From Candidatus Eiseniibacteriota bacterium (GTDB lineage Bacteria > Eisenbacteria > RBG-16-71-46 > SZUA-252), in NCBI GenBank assembly GCA_963703225.1, contig OY969801.1, positions 1,856,001 to 1,920,000 of the forward strand: DNA of 64,000 nt, read 5' to 3'. Positions 22,045-32,090 of this stretch are shown here, one piece after another. How positions within the stretch are numbered: position 1 is the stretch's first letter; every line of letters begins with the position of its first letter. Under the pieces are notes generated by a model, which was given only the letters and a program-made list of their open reading frames with translations, was not told the origin of the DNA and searched no databases. A program made the translations under genes and the position numbers.

Positions 22045-22983
22045 GTGAACCTGGGCGCTCTCGACGCGCCGATCCCGGCGCCAACCGTCGACGCGGAGCG
22101 CCCGACCCGCGCGCGGGCTTGGATTCACGCCTGCCGCGTGCCCACACTCGTCGCATCCATCGTGCCGGTATTGGTGGGGACCGCTCTCGCGTGGCGTCAC
22201 GGCGCGTGGCGCCCGCTCGCGGCCATCGCCGCGCTGATCGGCGCCGTCTCGATCCAGATCGGCACCAACCTCGCCAACGACCTTCATGACTACCGAAAGG
22301 GCGCGGACCCGCCCGATCGGATTGGTCCTCCCCGGGTGCTCGCCGTGGGATGGCTCCGCGCGGCGGAGGTCCAACGCGGAATGATCGCCGCCTTCGCGGT
22401 CGCGACCTTGGCGGGGCTTTACCTCGTGCGCGTCGCCGGCTGGCCGGTCGTGGTCATCGGCGTGGTCTCCATCGCGGCGGGGATCGGGTACACGGCGGGG
22501 CGCTTCGCGCTCGCATACATTGGGCTCGGCGATCTGGCCGTCTTCGTCTTCTTTGGGTTTGTCGCGGTCATCGGCACCTACTACGTCCAGGCAGGGACCA
22601 TCCACCCCGAAGCGGTCCTGGCCGCCATCCCCGTCGGCGCGCTCGCCACCGCGATCCTCGTCGTGAACAACGTGCGGGACATTGACACCGACCGTGCCTC
22701 GGGAAAGCGCACCCTGGCCGTGATGCTCGGGCGCGGGGCCGCGCGCGCCGAATATCTCGCGCTCCTGATCGCCGCCTACTCGGTGCCGTTGGGGCTCTGG
22801 GCGCAGGGGCTTCGGACGGCCTGGATCCTGCTGCCGTTCGCCACCGGCTCCCTCGCAGGGCGCGCGCTCTTGACCGTGCGGGAACGGGAGGACGGCCCCT
22901 CCCTCACCCGCGCGCTCTTCGACACCGCGCGGGTCCACGCACTCTTCGGGCTCCTCTTTGCCGCGGGGATCGCGCTGGGATGA
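22045..22983 (+). CDS. menA: DHNA polyprenyltransferase
   Basis: NLANDLHDYRKGAD, YTAG, NNVRDIDTDRASGKRTL. Confidence 0.94.
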   Translation: MNLGALDAPIPAPTVDAERPTRARAWIHACRVPTLVASIVPVLVGTALAWRHGAWRPLAAIAALIGAVSIQIGTNLANDLHDYRKGADPPDRIGPPRVLAVGWLRAAEVQRGMIAAFAVATLAGLYLVRVAGWPVVVIGVVSIAAGIGYTAGRFALAYIGLGDLAVFVFFGFVAVIGTYYVQAGTIHPEAVLAAIPVGALATAILVVNNVRDIDTDRASGKRTLAVMLGRGAARAEYLALLIAAYSVPLGLWAQGLRTAWILLPFATGSLAGRALLTVREREDGPSLTRALFDTARVHALFGLLFAAGIALG

Positions 22984-24110
22984 CGATCCGCCGGGTTTCG
23001 ATCCAACCCTACTCGATTCCGCTCGACCCCCGGTGGCCGAGCGCCGAGGGGCCGGTTGCGGAGCGCGTCGGCTCCATCCTGATCCTCGAGGAAGAGGATG
23101 GACGCGTGGGGCTGGGCGAGACCGCACCGTGGCCGGGCTTTGGTCTGGAGACGTACGCGTCGAGCGTCGCCGCGCTCAGGCTCGCGGCCCGTCGCCTCAT
23201 CGGGCTTCCCCGAGATGCCTACCTCGCGGCGGCGGCAGACCTGCCTCGCTTAGCCCCCGTCGCGGCCTCCCCATGCGCTAGACACGCGATCGATCTCGCG
23301 CTCCACGATCTCGCGGCTCAGCACGCGGGCGTTTCGATCGCGCGGCTGCTGGGGGAGAGCGGCGCGCTGGACGAAGTGGCGATCAACGCCGCGATCCCAC
23401 GCCTGCCCGCGCACGAGGCGGCCGAAGCCGCGCGGATCGCGATCGCCAAGGGATTCGGAACGCTCAAGGTGAAGGTGGGGGGCGTTCCCTTCCAAGAGGA
23501 CGTCGCGCGGCTCCGCGCGATGCGTGAAGCGTCGGGCCCCGACGCGCGGATCCGGATCGACGCCAACCAGGCCTGGACCGAGGACGAGGCGGTCCAAGCG
23601 CTCGAGGCGCTCGGTGCGTTCGAGATCGAATACTGCGAGCAGCCGGTTGCCGCCGAGGCGATCGACGCCATGGCGAGAGTCCGCGCCGCCGTGAGCGTGC
23701 CGATCGCCGCGGACGAATCGGTCCGCGACGCCGCCACCGCGAGACGGATCGTGGCGTTGGGCGCCGCGGACGTCCTGATCATCAAGCCGATGGCGCTCGG
23801 CGGGCTTGGCGCGGCGCGATCGATCGCGAAGGAGGCGATGGAGGCGGGCGTCCCGATCGTGGTGACGTCCCTCCTCGAGAGCGCGATCGGACAAACGGGC
23901 GCGCTCCACCTGGCCGCGTCGCTGGGACCGACCCCGTTCGCCCACGGCGTCGGATCGTCGCCTCTATCGGTGCAGGAATTCACCGGCACGGAGCGCGCGG
24001 CCGCGGGCCGGATGCGGGTCCCGGCCGGGCCCGGGCTCGGCGCTGACGTGGACGTGCGGGTCCAGAGCCAAGCGGTACTGGTCGCGGCGGGCGAAGGATT
24101 GGATCGATGA
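22980..24110 (+). CDS. menC: o-succinylbenzoate synthase (enolase superfamily)
   Basis: KVKVG, RIDANQAW, EQP, AADES, IKPMALGG. Confidence 0.9.
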   Translation: MTIRRVSIQPYSIPLDPRWPSAEGPVAERVGSILILEEEDGRVGLGETAPWPGFGLETYASSVAALRLAARRLIGLPRDAYLAAAADLPRLAPVAASPCARHAIDLALHDLAAQHAGVSIARLLGESGALDEVAINAAIPRLPAHEAAEAARIAIAKGFGTLKVKVGGVPFQEDVARLRAMREASGPDARIRIDANQAWTEDEAVQALEALGAFEIEYCEQPVAAEAIDAMARVRAAVSVPIAADESVRDAATARRIVALGAADVLIIKPMALGGLGAARSIAKEAMEAGVPIVVTSLLESAIGQTGALHLAASLGPTPFAHGVGSSPLSVQEFTGTERAAAGRMRVPAGPGLGADVDVRVQSQAVLVAAGEGLDR

Positions 24111-25591
24111 CCCAGACCATCACCCACGATCCCGTCCAGTTCTGGGGCGTCGTGGCCCCGGACCGGCTCGCGATCCGGCAACAGGATCGGTCCTTCACCT
24201 ACGGCGAGCTGGACGCCGCGGTGCAGGAGTCGGCCGACGCGCTGATCGCTCAAGGATTGGGGGCCGGCGAGCACGTCTCTCTCGAATTCGACCCCGCGCA
24301 CTCGCTCAACTTCGCGATCGCCTTCCACGCGCTCCACCGCGTTGGGCTCTTGCCCGTGCCGCTGGGCACCGCGCTGACGCCGGAAGAGCGGCAGGAGCGC
24401 CGCCGTCGGGCGATGATCGATCTGGTGCTGACCAGCGAGAGCGTCGAGCCCTCCGTGTCGTCCAACGCCGGAGCTGCCTCGGGGAAACTGATCCCCGACC
24501 CGGATGCGCCCCCGGTCGTGCGCCGCCTGGACACGCCGGCCGCGCTCTGCTTCACGTCGGGAACCGCCGGGGAGCCGCGGGCCGTTGTCCTCACCCATGG
24601 AAATTTCTTTTGGAGCGCGCTCGCCTCGGCCCGAAATCTCGGCGTGCGCCCAAACGATCTCTGGCTCTGCTGCCTCCCGTTGAACCACGTCGGGGGGCTC
24701 TCCATCCTCATCCGGAGCGCCGCCTACGGGACCGGCGTCCTCTTTCACGACGGGTTCGACGCGGAATCGGTGAACGCGTCGATCGATCAGGACGGGGTAT
24801 CGCTCCTCTCGCTCGTGCCGCCGATGCTGGAGCGTCTGCTCAAGAGCCGTGGCGGGCGGCTCTTCCCCACCACGCTCCGCGCCGGGCTGATCGGCGGTGG
24901 ACCGATTCCCTTGGCACTGCTGAGGGAAGCAGCCGAGCTTCGGTTCCGCGCGCTGCCGACGTACGGGCTCACAGAGGCCACGTCGCAGGTCACCACGCTT
25001 TCGATCCGCGAGTGGCCCGCGGGGCTTGCCTCGGCGGGGCGGCCGCTCCAGTTCACCCGCGTCGAGATCCGGGATGAAACGGGACGCGCCGTCGGGAGCG
25101 GCGTGGAAGGGGAGATCGTGGTCCAGGGGCCGACCGTCATGGCCGCCTATCTGGAGGACCGCGAATCGAATGCCGCGGCGTGGGATGGGCGCTGGTTCAA
25201 GACCGGAGACATCGGCGCGTGGGATGCCGCCGGCCGTCTCGTCGTGCTCGACCGCCGCGCCGATCGATTCGTCGTCGGCGGCGAAAACGTCTCCCCGGAG
25301 GAGGTGGAGCGCGTGCTGCGCGCTCACCCGTCGGTGGCGGACGCCGGGGTCGTCGGAATTCCGTCGGGCTCGTGGGGCCACGAGGTGACGGCGGTGGTGG
25401 AGCCGCGCCCCGGAGCCGCGATCACGCTGGAGGAGTTGAACCGCCACGCCCGCGCGACGCTCTCGTCGTTCAAGCTGCCGCGGCGGCTCCTTCTCGTTTC
25501 CAGCCTCCCGAGAAGCGCCTCGGGGAAGCTACTTCGCAGCGCGCTCCTCGACCGGATCCGGGATCAGGTGCCCCAGGAAGAAGCCACGTAG
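24107..25591 (+). CDS. menE: o-succinylbenzoate-CoA ligase
   Basis: FTSGTAGEPR, LPLNHVGG, TYGLTEATSQ, FKTGDIG, GGENVSPEEVE. Confidence 0.92.
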   Translation: MTQTITHDPVQFWGVVAPDRLAIRQQDRSFTYGELDAAVQESADALIAQGLGAGEHVSLEFDPAHSLNFAIAFHALHRVGLLPVPLGTALTPEERQERRRRAMIDLVLTSESVEPSVSSNAGAASGKLIPDPDAPPVVRRLDTPAALCFTSGTAGEPRAVVLTHGNFFWSALASARNLGVRPNDLWLCCLPLNHVGGLSILIRSAAYGTGVLFHDGFDAESVNASIDQDGVSLLSLVPPMLERLLKSRGGRLFPTTLRAGLIGGGPIPLALLREAAELRFRALPTYGLTEATSQVTTLSIREWPAGLASAGRPLQFTRVEIRDETGRAVGSGVEGEIVVQGPTVMAAYLEDRESNAAAWDGRWFKTGDIGAWDAAGRLVVLDRRADRFVVGGENVSPEEVERVLRAHPSVADAGVVGIPSGSWGHEVTAVVEPRPGAAITLEELNRHARATLSSFKLPRRLLLVSSLPRSASGKLLRSALLDRIRDQVPQEEAT

Positions 25592-25966
25592 CGGTTCCGG
25601 AATCGGGATCGGCTTCATCGACTTACGCTCGACGAAGGCGTGGATGGTCTCGGCTTCGACCCGGAGATCCCCAGCGGGCCCCGTCACGCGGTGCCGGAGT
25701 CGAAACGACGCGCGCCCGACCCTGGTCACGTCGATGGCGACGGCCACCTCCTCGCCGTGGCGGATGGGCCTCACGTAGTCGGCCTCCGCGTGCGCGATCG
25801 GAACCAGAAAATCGCCGCCCGCGAAATACCGCGCGCGATCGGTCCCCGACGACGCGATGAGCTCTTCGTACGCCTGATGGCAGTAGTCGAAGATGCGGCC
25901 GAAGAAGAGAACGCCGCCGGCATCGACATCCTGAAATCGCACGGAGATCGTGGTCCGAAAGCTCAA
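25529..25966 (-). CDS. Hotdog-fold acyl-CoA thioesterase, probable DHNA-CoA thioesterase
   Basis: VRFQDVDAGGVLFF...CHQAYEE, PIAHAEADY; downstream of menG; start TTG 25966 inferred. Confidence 0.8.
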   Translation of the reverse strand: MSFRTTISVRFQDVDAGGVLFFGRIFDYCHQAYEELIASSGTDRARYFAGGDFLVPIAHAEADYVRPIRHGEEVAVAIDVTRVGRASFRLRHRVTGPAGDLRVEAETIHAFVERKSMKPIPIPEPLRGFFLGHLIPDPVEERAAK

Positions 25967-25988
25967 TCTGCCCCCTGGTCCCGGCGGC

Positions 25989-26729
25989 TCACGCCGGGCT
26001 CCCGACCTCACCCACGTAGACGTAGACCACACCCCCGGTCAGCGGGTGGGCCGTCACTTCACGAAACGAGCCAGTCCCCCGCAGGAGCGCGGCGAACCGT
26101 TCCCCGGCGGGAAAGCGGGACGACGTCCGGTCGAGGTATTCATAGGCGGCGCGCTCTCCGCTCACCCAACCTCCGATCGTGGGAAGGATTCGATGTGAAT
26201 AAAGCCGGTAGACGGGCCCAAAAATCGCGCCCTCCGGCTGACCGAATTCGAGCACGACGACCCTCCCGCCGGGCCGCACGGTCCGCGCCATCTCGCTGAG
26301 GCCGCGCTCCGGGTCTTCGACGTTCCGGATCCCGAACGCGATCGACGCGACGTCGAACGAGCCGCTCTCATAGGGGAGGGCGAGCACGTCGGCCTGCTCG
26401 AAGCGGATCGAGAGCCCGGCCCGCGCGGCCTTTGCCGACCCCAACGCGAGCATCTCCTCGCAGAAATCGGTGGCGACCACAGCGCCCCCTGGCCCCACGG
26501 CTCGCCGGAAGGCCAGCGCCAGGTCGCCGGTGCCGGTCGCGCAATCCAGCACCCGGTCTCCCTCATGCGCGCCGCTTCGCCGGACCGCGGCGGTCCGCCA
26601 TTTGTGGTGGAGACCGAACGAGAGGATCTGGTTGGCCCGGTCGTAGGTCCCGGCCACGGAAGCGAACATGCGGCGAACGTTGGAGGCCGTGGAGGCTCTT
26701 GATGTCGCCATGTCGACGCTCGTCGTCAC
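25989..26729 (-). CDS. menG: Demethylmenaquinone methyltransferase (UbiE/MenG)
   Basis: [42 protein letters not shown]. Confidence 0.93.
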   Translation of the reverse strand: MTTSVDMATSRASTASNVRRMFASVAGTYDRANQILSFGLHHKWRTAAVRRSGAHEGDRVLDCATGTGDLALAFRRAVGPGGAVVATDFCEEMLALGSAKAARAGLSIRFEQADVLALPYESGSFDVASIAFGIRNVEDPERGLSEMARTVRPGGRVVVLEFGQPEGAIFGPVYRLYSHRILPTIGGWVSGERAAYEYLDRTSSRFPAGERFAALLRGTGSFREVTAHPLTGGVVYVYVGEVGSPA

Positions 26730-26758
26730 GCGGCGAGAATACCATGTTGGCCCCGGGT

Positions 26759-26787
26759 TTGACCCCCCTCCGGGGTCGCGGTAGACT
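26759..26787 (+). promoter_or_regulatory. sigma70-type promoter for ispG (leaderless)
   Basis: TTGACC-N17-TAGACT, 7 nt before ATG 26795. Confidence 0.7.
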
Positions 26788-26794
26788 CGGGACG

Positions 26795-28095
26795 ATGCCT
26801 CGCATCTCCTTCGAATCGAGCGCGATCCCCCAATCGGGCGATCGCCCGCGCCGCCGGTCGGTCCCGGTGGGAATCGGGTCGGTGACGATCGGCGGCGGCC
26901 GTCCGGTCGCGGTGCAGTCGATGACCAACACCGACACCGCCGACGCGCGGTCCACCTCGGAGCAGGTCTTGGCGCTCGCCCAGGCCGGCTCCGAGCTGGT
27001 CCGCGTCACCGTCAACACGCCCGAGGCGGCCCAGGCGGTTCCCGAGATCGTCCGGCGGGTCCGCGACCAAGGCGTCACGGCGCCGATCCTCGGAGACTTC
27101 CACTTCAGCGGCCACCTCCTCCTCTCCGAATATCCCGAGTGCGCGCGTGCACTCGACAAGTACCGGATCAATCCCGGCAACGTCGGGGCCGGGAAGAAGC
27201 ACGACGATCACTTTCGCCGGATCATCGAGGTCGCCGCCGAGAATCGAAAGCCGGTTCGAATCGGAGTGAATTGGGGGTCGCTGGACCGGGAGCTCTTGAC
27301 CGCGTTGATGGACGAGAACGCACGGCGCGCGGAGCCTTGGAGGACCGCGAGGTCACGCTCGAGGCGATGTTCCAGAGCGCGGTCCGCTCGGCGGCGCTCG
27401 CCGAGGAGTTCGGGCAGCCTCACGACGCGATCGTCCTCTCGGCCAAGGTTTCCGGGGTGCGCGATCTGATCGCGATCTACCGGCGGCTCGCGGCCGAGAC
27501 CGACTTCCCGCTGCACCTCGGCCTCACCGAGGCGGGGATGGGAACGAAGGGGATCGTGGCTTCGACCGCGGGGCTCTCGACGCTGCTCCTCGAGGGGATC
27601 GGCGATACGATCCGGGTCAGCCTCACGCCTCAGCCCGGAGGCGACCGTCGGGAAGAGGTCTGGGTCTGCCAGCAGGTGCTCCAGTCGCTCGAGCTACGCC
27701 ACTTTCAGCCGCAGGTCACGTCGTGCCCCGGCTGCGGCCGCACCACCAGCGACTACTTCCAGAAGCTCGCCGAGCAGGTGACCGGTCGACTCCGCGAGCG
27801 CATGCCCGAGTGGCGTGGACGTTACCCCGGCGTGGAAGAGCTGCGCGTCGCGGTGATGGGATGCGTGGTGAACGGACCGGGCGAGTCGCGCCACGCCGAC
27901 GTCGGGATCTCGCTGCCTGGTACGGCGGAAGATCCGAAGGCCCCGGTCTACGTCGACGGGAAGCTACGAACAACGCTCCAGGGCCCGCAGATCGCCGAGG
28001 AATTTCTGGCGCTGGTGGAAGTCTACGTGGCCGATCGCTACGGCCAACCGGGAGGGACGAAGACCCGGCCCGGGATCGCGGCCCGACCCCGCTAG
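26795..28095 (+). CDS. ispG: HMBPP synthase IspG (apparent frameshift near 27337)
   Basis: [66 protein letters not shown]. Confidence 0.95.
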
Positions 28096-28913
28096 CGAAC
28101 CTTCCGGGCTCTGGCGCTCCCCCACTCTTCGTGCCGAGCGGCGCCGGCACCCCGCGCCGCGCGGTCCGCGCGACGCCAGGCCACGGGCAGGGGCGCCCTG
28201 ACCGGACGGGTCCGGGTCATATAGCCCTGATAGCGATGCAGGAACCACCAGATTGCCCCGATCTCGATGTAGACGATGAGGAGCAGGGCCAGGTGGATCC
28301 GCGCCAGCACGGTGATCGTGACGGAGAAGGCCAAGCAGAGGATCGACTCGAAGATCGCCGTTTTCTGGAACGCTCCCCAGTGGGGCGCCCGTTCTCCCCG
28401 CTCCAGCCGCAGCGCGACGCTCCGCATGAGAAGCAGCGCCACCAAGGCCGCCCCCGCGATCAACAGCTCCAGACCGGCGCGCGGCGCGGGGTGGAACATG
28501 AAATCGGACGGCTGCGGGCCGAGGCGAAAGACCAGCGCGAACCCTCCGTAGGCGAGGATCGACGTCGAAAGTTGAAAGACCGTCTTGTAGGCGCGGGTCC
28601 CATGCACGATCCCCGCGAGGGCGACCGCGAACCCGATGGTCATGACCAACCCCCCGGGCGGCAGCAGAAACATCCCCGCGAGGAAGAAGGCGGGGCCGAC
28701 CGAGTAGACGGTCATGGCGCGCTTGTCCGATGGGACGACGAGCGGCCAGATGAGACAGACCGACGCGCTCGCAGCGAAGAGCGATGTGACCAGCCAAGCG
28801 GGACCGTTGTCCCCGACTTGGTTGCCGGCCCAGGCCGCGAGGAGAAGGGCCAGGACCGCGAGAACGACGCGATACATGACGATCTGAATGTAGCGCCGAG
28901 CCGAACGGGCCAT
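28092..28913 (-). CDS. Hypothetical integral membrane protein (sensor-like TM bundle with no output domain)
   Basis: About seven hydrophobic segments, GGAGGT SD; family not recognised with certainty. Confidence 0.7.
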   Translation of the reverse strand: MARSARRYIQIVMYRVVLAVLALLLAAWAGNQVGDNGPAWLVTSLFAASASVCLIWPLVVPSDKRAMTVYSVGPAFFLAGMFLLPPGGLVMTIGFAVALAGIVHGTRAYKTVFQLSTSILAYGGFALVFRLGPQPSDFMFHPAPRAGLELLIAGAALVALLLMRSVALRLERGERAPHWGAFQKTAIFESILCLAFSVTITVLARIHLALLLIVYIEIGAIWWFLHRYQGYMTRTRPVRAPLPVAWRRADRAARGAGAARHEEWGSARARKVR

Positions 28914-28943
28914 GCCACCTCCATGGGGCTTTCGCCCATGGAT

Positions 28944-28971
28944 CTATCGGCATCTCGGAGGCCGGACTTTA
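28944..28971 (-). promoter_or_regulatory. sigma28/sigmaD-like promoter
   Basis: Minus strand TAAA-N16-GCCGATAG, about 30 nt upstream of the 28913 ATG. Confidence 0.55.
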
Positions 28972-29221
28972 AGATGTAAATATAATATTTACAACTAGTT
29001 GTACGAAGTGCCTCGCGAAGCCACTTCATCTCGACGCTCGGCGCCGCGGCGATCATCCAGGGCGCCCTCACGGTCTGGCAAATCGCACGAAGGGGCGATT
29101 CCGAGGCATCCACGTAGGATTTGTTCGCTCCCGCGCTAAACTTTCCCCCCCTTTGGCCGATACATGGATGTCGTTCCGTCCGGGTGATTCATTCCAGAAG
29201 CTTCAGACGCAAGGGGGGTGC

Positions 29222-29638
29222 ATGACGTCGGAAACCAATGATTCAGGCTCGCTGTTGGCCCGCCTCGAGAAGGTGGAGCGCGAGAATCGAGGACTCAGGA
29301 TCACCGGCTCGCTCGCGTTACTGGGAGCGGCCGGGGCCCTGTTCCTGGGGCTCTCCGCGCCGCCGAACAAGACCCTCGAGGCGGAGTTGATCATCGTCCG
29401 CGACACGCATGGGAAGGCGCGGATGATCATGGGGGTCGGCGATGACGGCCCGGCTCTCACGTTTCTCGACAAGGACGGAAAGCTTCGCGTCAATCTTGGC
29501 GTGGACAAGGATGGACCCGCCCTCGATCTTCTCGACGCGGCTGAGAGCCCGCGCGCGCAGCTGATGATCACGGACGACCAGGGGCCGATCCTCAACTTCT
29601 TCGACGCTAAGGGATCGCAGGTCTCGCTCAAGCCGTAG
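29222..29638 (+). CDS. Hypothetical protein (coiled coil, TM helix, repeated beta-rich motif)
   Basis: LARLEKVERENR, TM, then repeats of D-x-x-G-K-x-R...D-G-P-x-L; followed by a terminator. Confidence 0.8.
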   Translation: MTSETNDSGSLLARLEKVERENRGLRITGSLALLGAAGALFLGLSAPPNKTLEAELIIVRDTHGKARMIMGVGDDGPALTFLDKDGKLRVNLGVDKDGPALDLLDAAESPRAQLMITDDQGPILNFFDAKGSQVSLKP

Positions 29639-29659
29639 GCAGTTCTCTTGCGTATTGCG

Positions 29660-29689
29660 GGGCCGGCTTCTTCGGGAGCCGGCCCTTTT
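29660..29689 (+). terminator. Intrinsic terminator
   Basis: gggccggcttc-ttcg-ggagccggccc followed by tttt. Confidence 0.8.
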
Positions 29690-29766
29690 CCTTTCCTCGG
29701 GCCCGTGGCAAGATCGCCCGACCCTATGGATCCCACCTCTCCCCTCGCCCGCGTCCGCACCCCAGC

Positions 29767-30676
29767 ATGAGCGCTCCCGCGGCTGCGTCCTCCGAAGTCC
29801 GCGGACCCGCCCAATACACGGCGTTTGTCGGCATGTGTCTCATCTGGGGCACCACGTTCCTCGTCATCCGGATCGGGAACGAGGCGATCGCCCCGCTCTG
29901 GGGCGCCACGCTTCGCCTCGTCATCGCGGCATTGTTGAACGGAATCGTCGCACTCCTGACCCGCGCGCGCTGGCCCGCGGGCGCCGCGCTCGGCGGGATC
30001 GCCCTCTTCGGGTTCCTCAACCTGGGGGTGAATTTCGTCCTTCTTTACTGGGCGGAGCTGACCGTTCCCAGCGGGATCGCCGCGGTCCTCTACGCCACCA
30101 TTCCCCTTTCGTCCGGACTGTTTTCGTCGATGCTCGGCCTCCACGCGTTCGAGCGGACGAAGATGCTCGCCGCGGTCGTCGGCCTGGCGCGGCGTGGCGC
30201 TGATCTTCTCCGGAGAGGTTCGTCTGGGGGCGCCGGCGCTTGCGCTGCTCGGAGTATTCACCGGAGCGTCATGCGCCTCGCTGTCGGGCGTCATTCTCAA
30301 GAAGATTCCCGCGCAGTCGACGTTCGTGGTGAACGGAGTGGGGGCGGCGGTCGGCTCCCTCATCTGTTTCCTCGCGAGCATCGCGTCCGGCGAGCCGCAC
30401 GCCCTGCCCAGAACCTTCGCGGCGTGGGGCCCGATCCTCTATCTCGCGGTGGCCGGAAACCTCGGCGCCTACGTCCTCTGGGCGTGGCTGGTGACTCAGT
30501 GGAAGGTGACGAGCGTCAGCGTCGCGGCGCTGATCATCCCCGTCATTGCGGTGATGGTGGGAGCGTTGGTCCGGGCCGAGGCGCCCGCCCCGCTCACCTA
30601 CGCTGGGGCCGCGCTCGTGCTGGGGGGCGTGGTCGTCGCGCTCTTCGCGCCGGCCGACGGTCGAACCTCTACGTGA
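29767..30676 (+). CDS. EamA/DMT family transporter (apparent frameshift near 30190)
   Basis: LIWGTTF, VPSGIAAVL, many TM segments across two ORFs. Confidence 0.85.
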
Positions 30677-31181
30677 GGTAGCGCTCCCGGAGCACCTTCA
30701 CATGGTGGCGCTCGTGGCCCGCGATGATGTAGGCGAGCGCCTGCACGGAGACCGGATTCCCTGACGCCGTCCCCATCCGGGCCCACGCGTCCTTCGGGAA
30801 GCCTTCAAACAGCAGCAGCGTCGCGCGGCGCACCACCTCCAGCTCGTCCGCCAGATCCTGAAGCGTGCGCGAGGCAAAGCCACCCTGGGGCACGTAGTCG
30901 TCCTGCTCGAAACCGGGCAGCGGCGTGGCGTCGCCGCGTCCAATCCGAAGCGCCCGGTAGCTGAACACCCGCTCGGAGTCGATGACGTGACCGAAGACCT
31001 CCTTGATGGTCCACTTGCCCGGTGCGTAGGCGTGATTCCCCTTCGCCTCGGGAATCGAGCGAAGCAGCTCCATCGTCTCCCTCACTTGGCTCCGGAGGAC
31101 CTCGACGATCGGACCGTCCGGCACCAGATCGATGTAGCGGCTGTAGTAAGGCGCGTGCTCAGACTGGGCGGGTCGATTCAT
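30669..31181 (-). CDS. DinB family protein
   Basis: YAPGKWTIKEVFGHVIDSER, IIAGHERHH. Confidence 0.9.
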   Translation of the reverse strand: MNRPAQSEHAPYYSRYIDLVPDGPIVEVLRSQVRETMELLRSIPEAKGNHAYAPGKWTIKEVFGHVIDSERVFSYRALRIGRGDATPLPGFEQDDYVPQGGFASRTLQDLADELEVVRRATLLLFEGFPKDAWARMGTASGNPVSVQALAYIIAGHERHHVKVLRERYLT

Positions 31182-32090
31182 GCTGCGTCCTCCAAAAGTG
31201 GGCGGCCTCTTCCATGCCCTGTTCGTACGTCCGCCGCGGCGCGTAGCCCAGCTCCTCAGCGGATCCTTCGAGCGTCAAACTTGCCGTTCCAGGCCGCGCC
31301 CGGCGGCACCATATCACGGGGAACGACTTCCAATGGAGCGGTCCCGAACCATGCGCGGACCTCCTCCATGTAGGACCGCCGCGGGACGTGTCCGTCCACC
31401 ATATTGTAAACGCGACCGGCGGCGCGCTCCTGCTCGATGGAGAGCAGGACGGCATCGACCAGATTCTCAACATGGAGGAATGGAAACCAGGCCTCCGAGT
31501 CCATGAGCTTGACCTGCCTGTCACGGATTCGGGCCGGAACCTTGACCGCCCAGGTGGAGGTGGGATGAACGCCCAGAATGCAGCCGGGCCGGAGGATCGT
31601 CGCGCTGAGCCCCCGCCCCGAAGCGTCGAGCACGATGCGATCCGCCTCGGCCTTCGTCCGCCCGTAGGGGTCTCCCGCGGTTTCTAGGGGCGCGGACTCA
31701 TCGACCAACTCGAGGCCCGTTCACGTCGTAGACGGAGCAGGTCGAGATGTGAATGAACTTTCTGCAGCCGGCGGCCAGGGCCGCCTCCACCATCGTCCGG
31801 GTGCCCTCCGCGTTCACGCGCCGAACGGGGTCAAGCTCAGGGCCCGAAGTCGCGGCACAATGAACGACGATGTCCGCGCCCCTCGCGGCCGGGCCCGCCA
31901 CGGTCGGGTCGACAAAATCCCCGCCGATCTCCACGACCCCGGCCGCCCGCAGCTCGGGCGATTCTCCCACGCGGCGGACGATCGCTCGAATCGGGTGGCC
32001 GAGCGCCGCGAGACGTTTCGCCACGCGGCTGCCGACGAGGCCGGTGCCCCCGGTGACCAGGATTACTGGGTCTGCCCCCTCATTCCTCAT
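31159..32090 (-). CDS. NAD-dependent epimerase/dehydratase (apparent frameshifts near 31710 and 31258)
   Basis: [40 protein letters not shown]. Confidence 0.85.
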
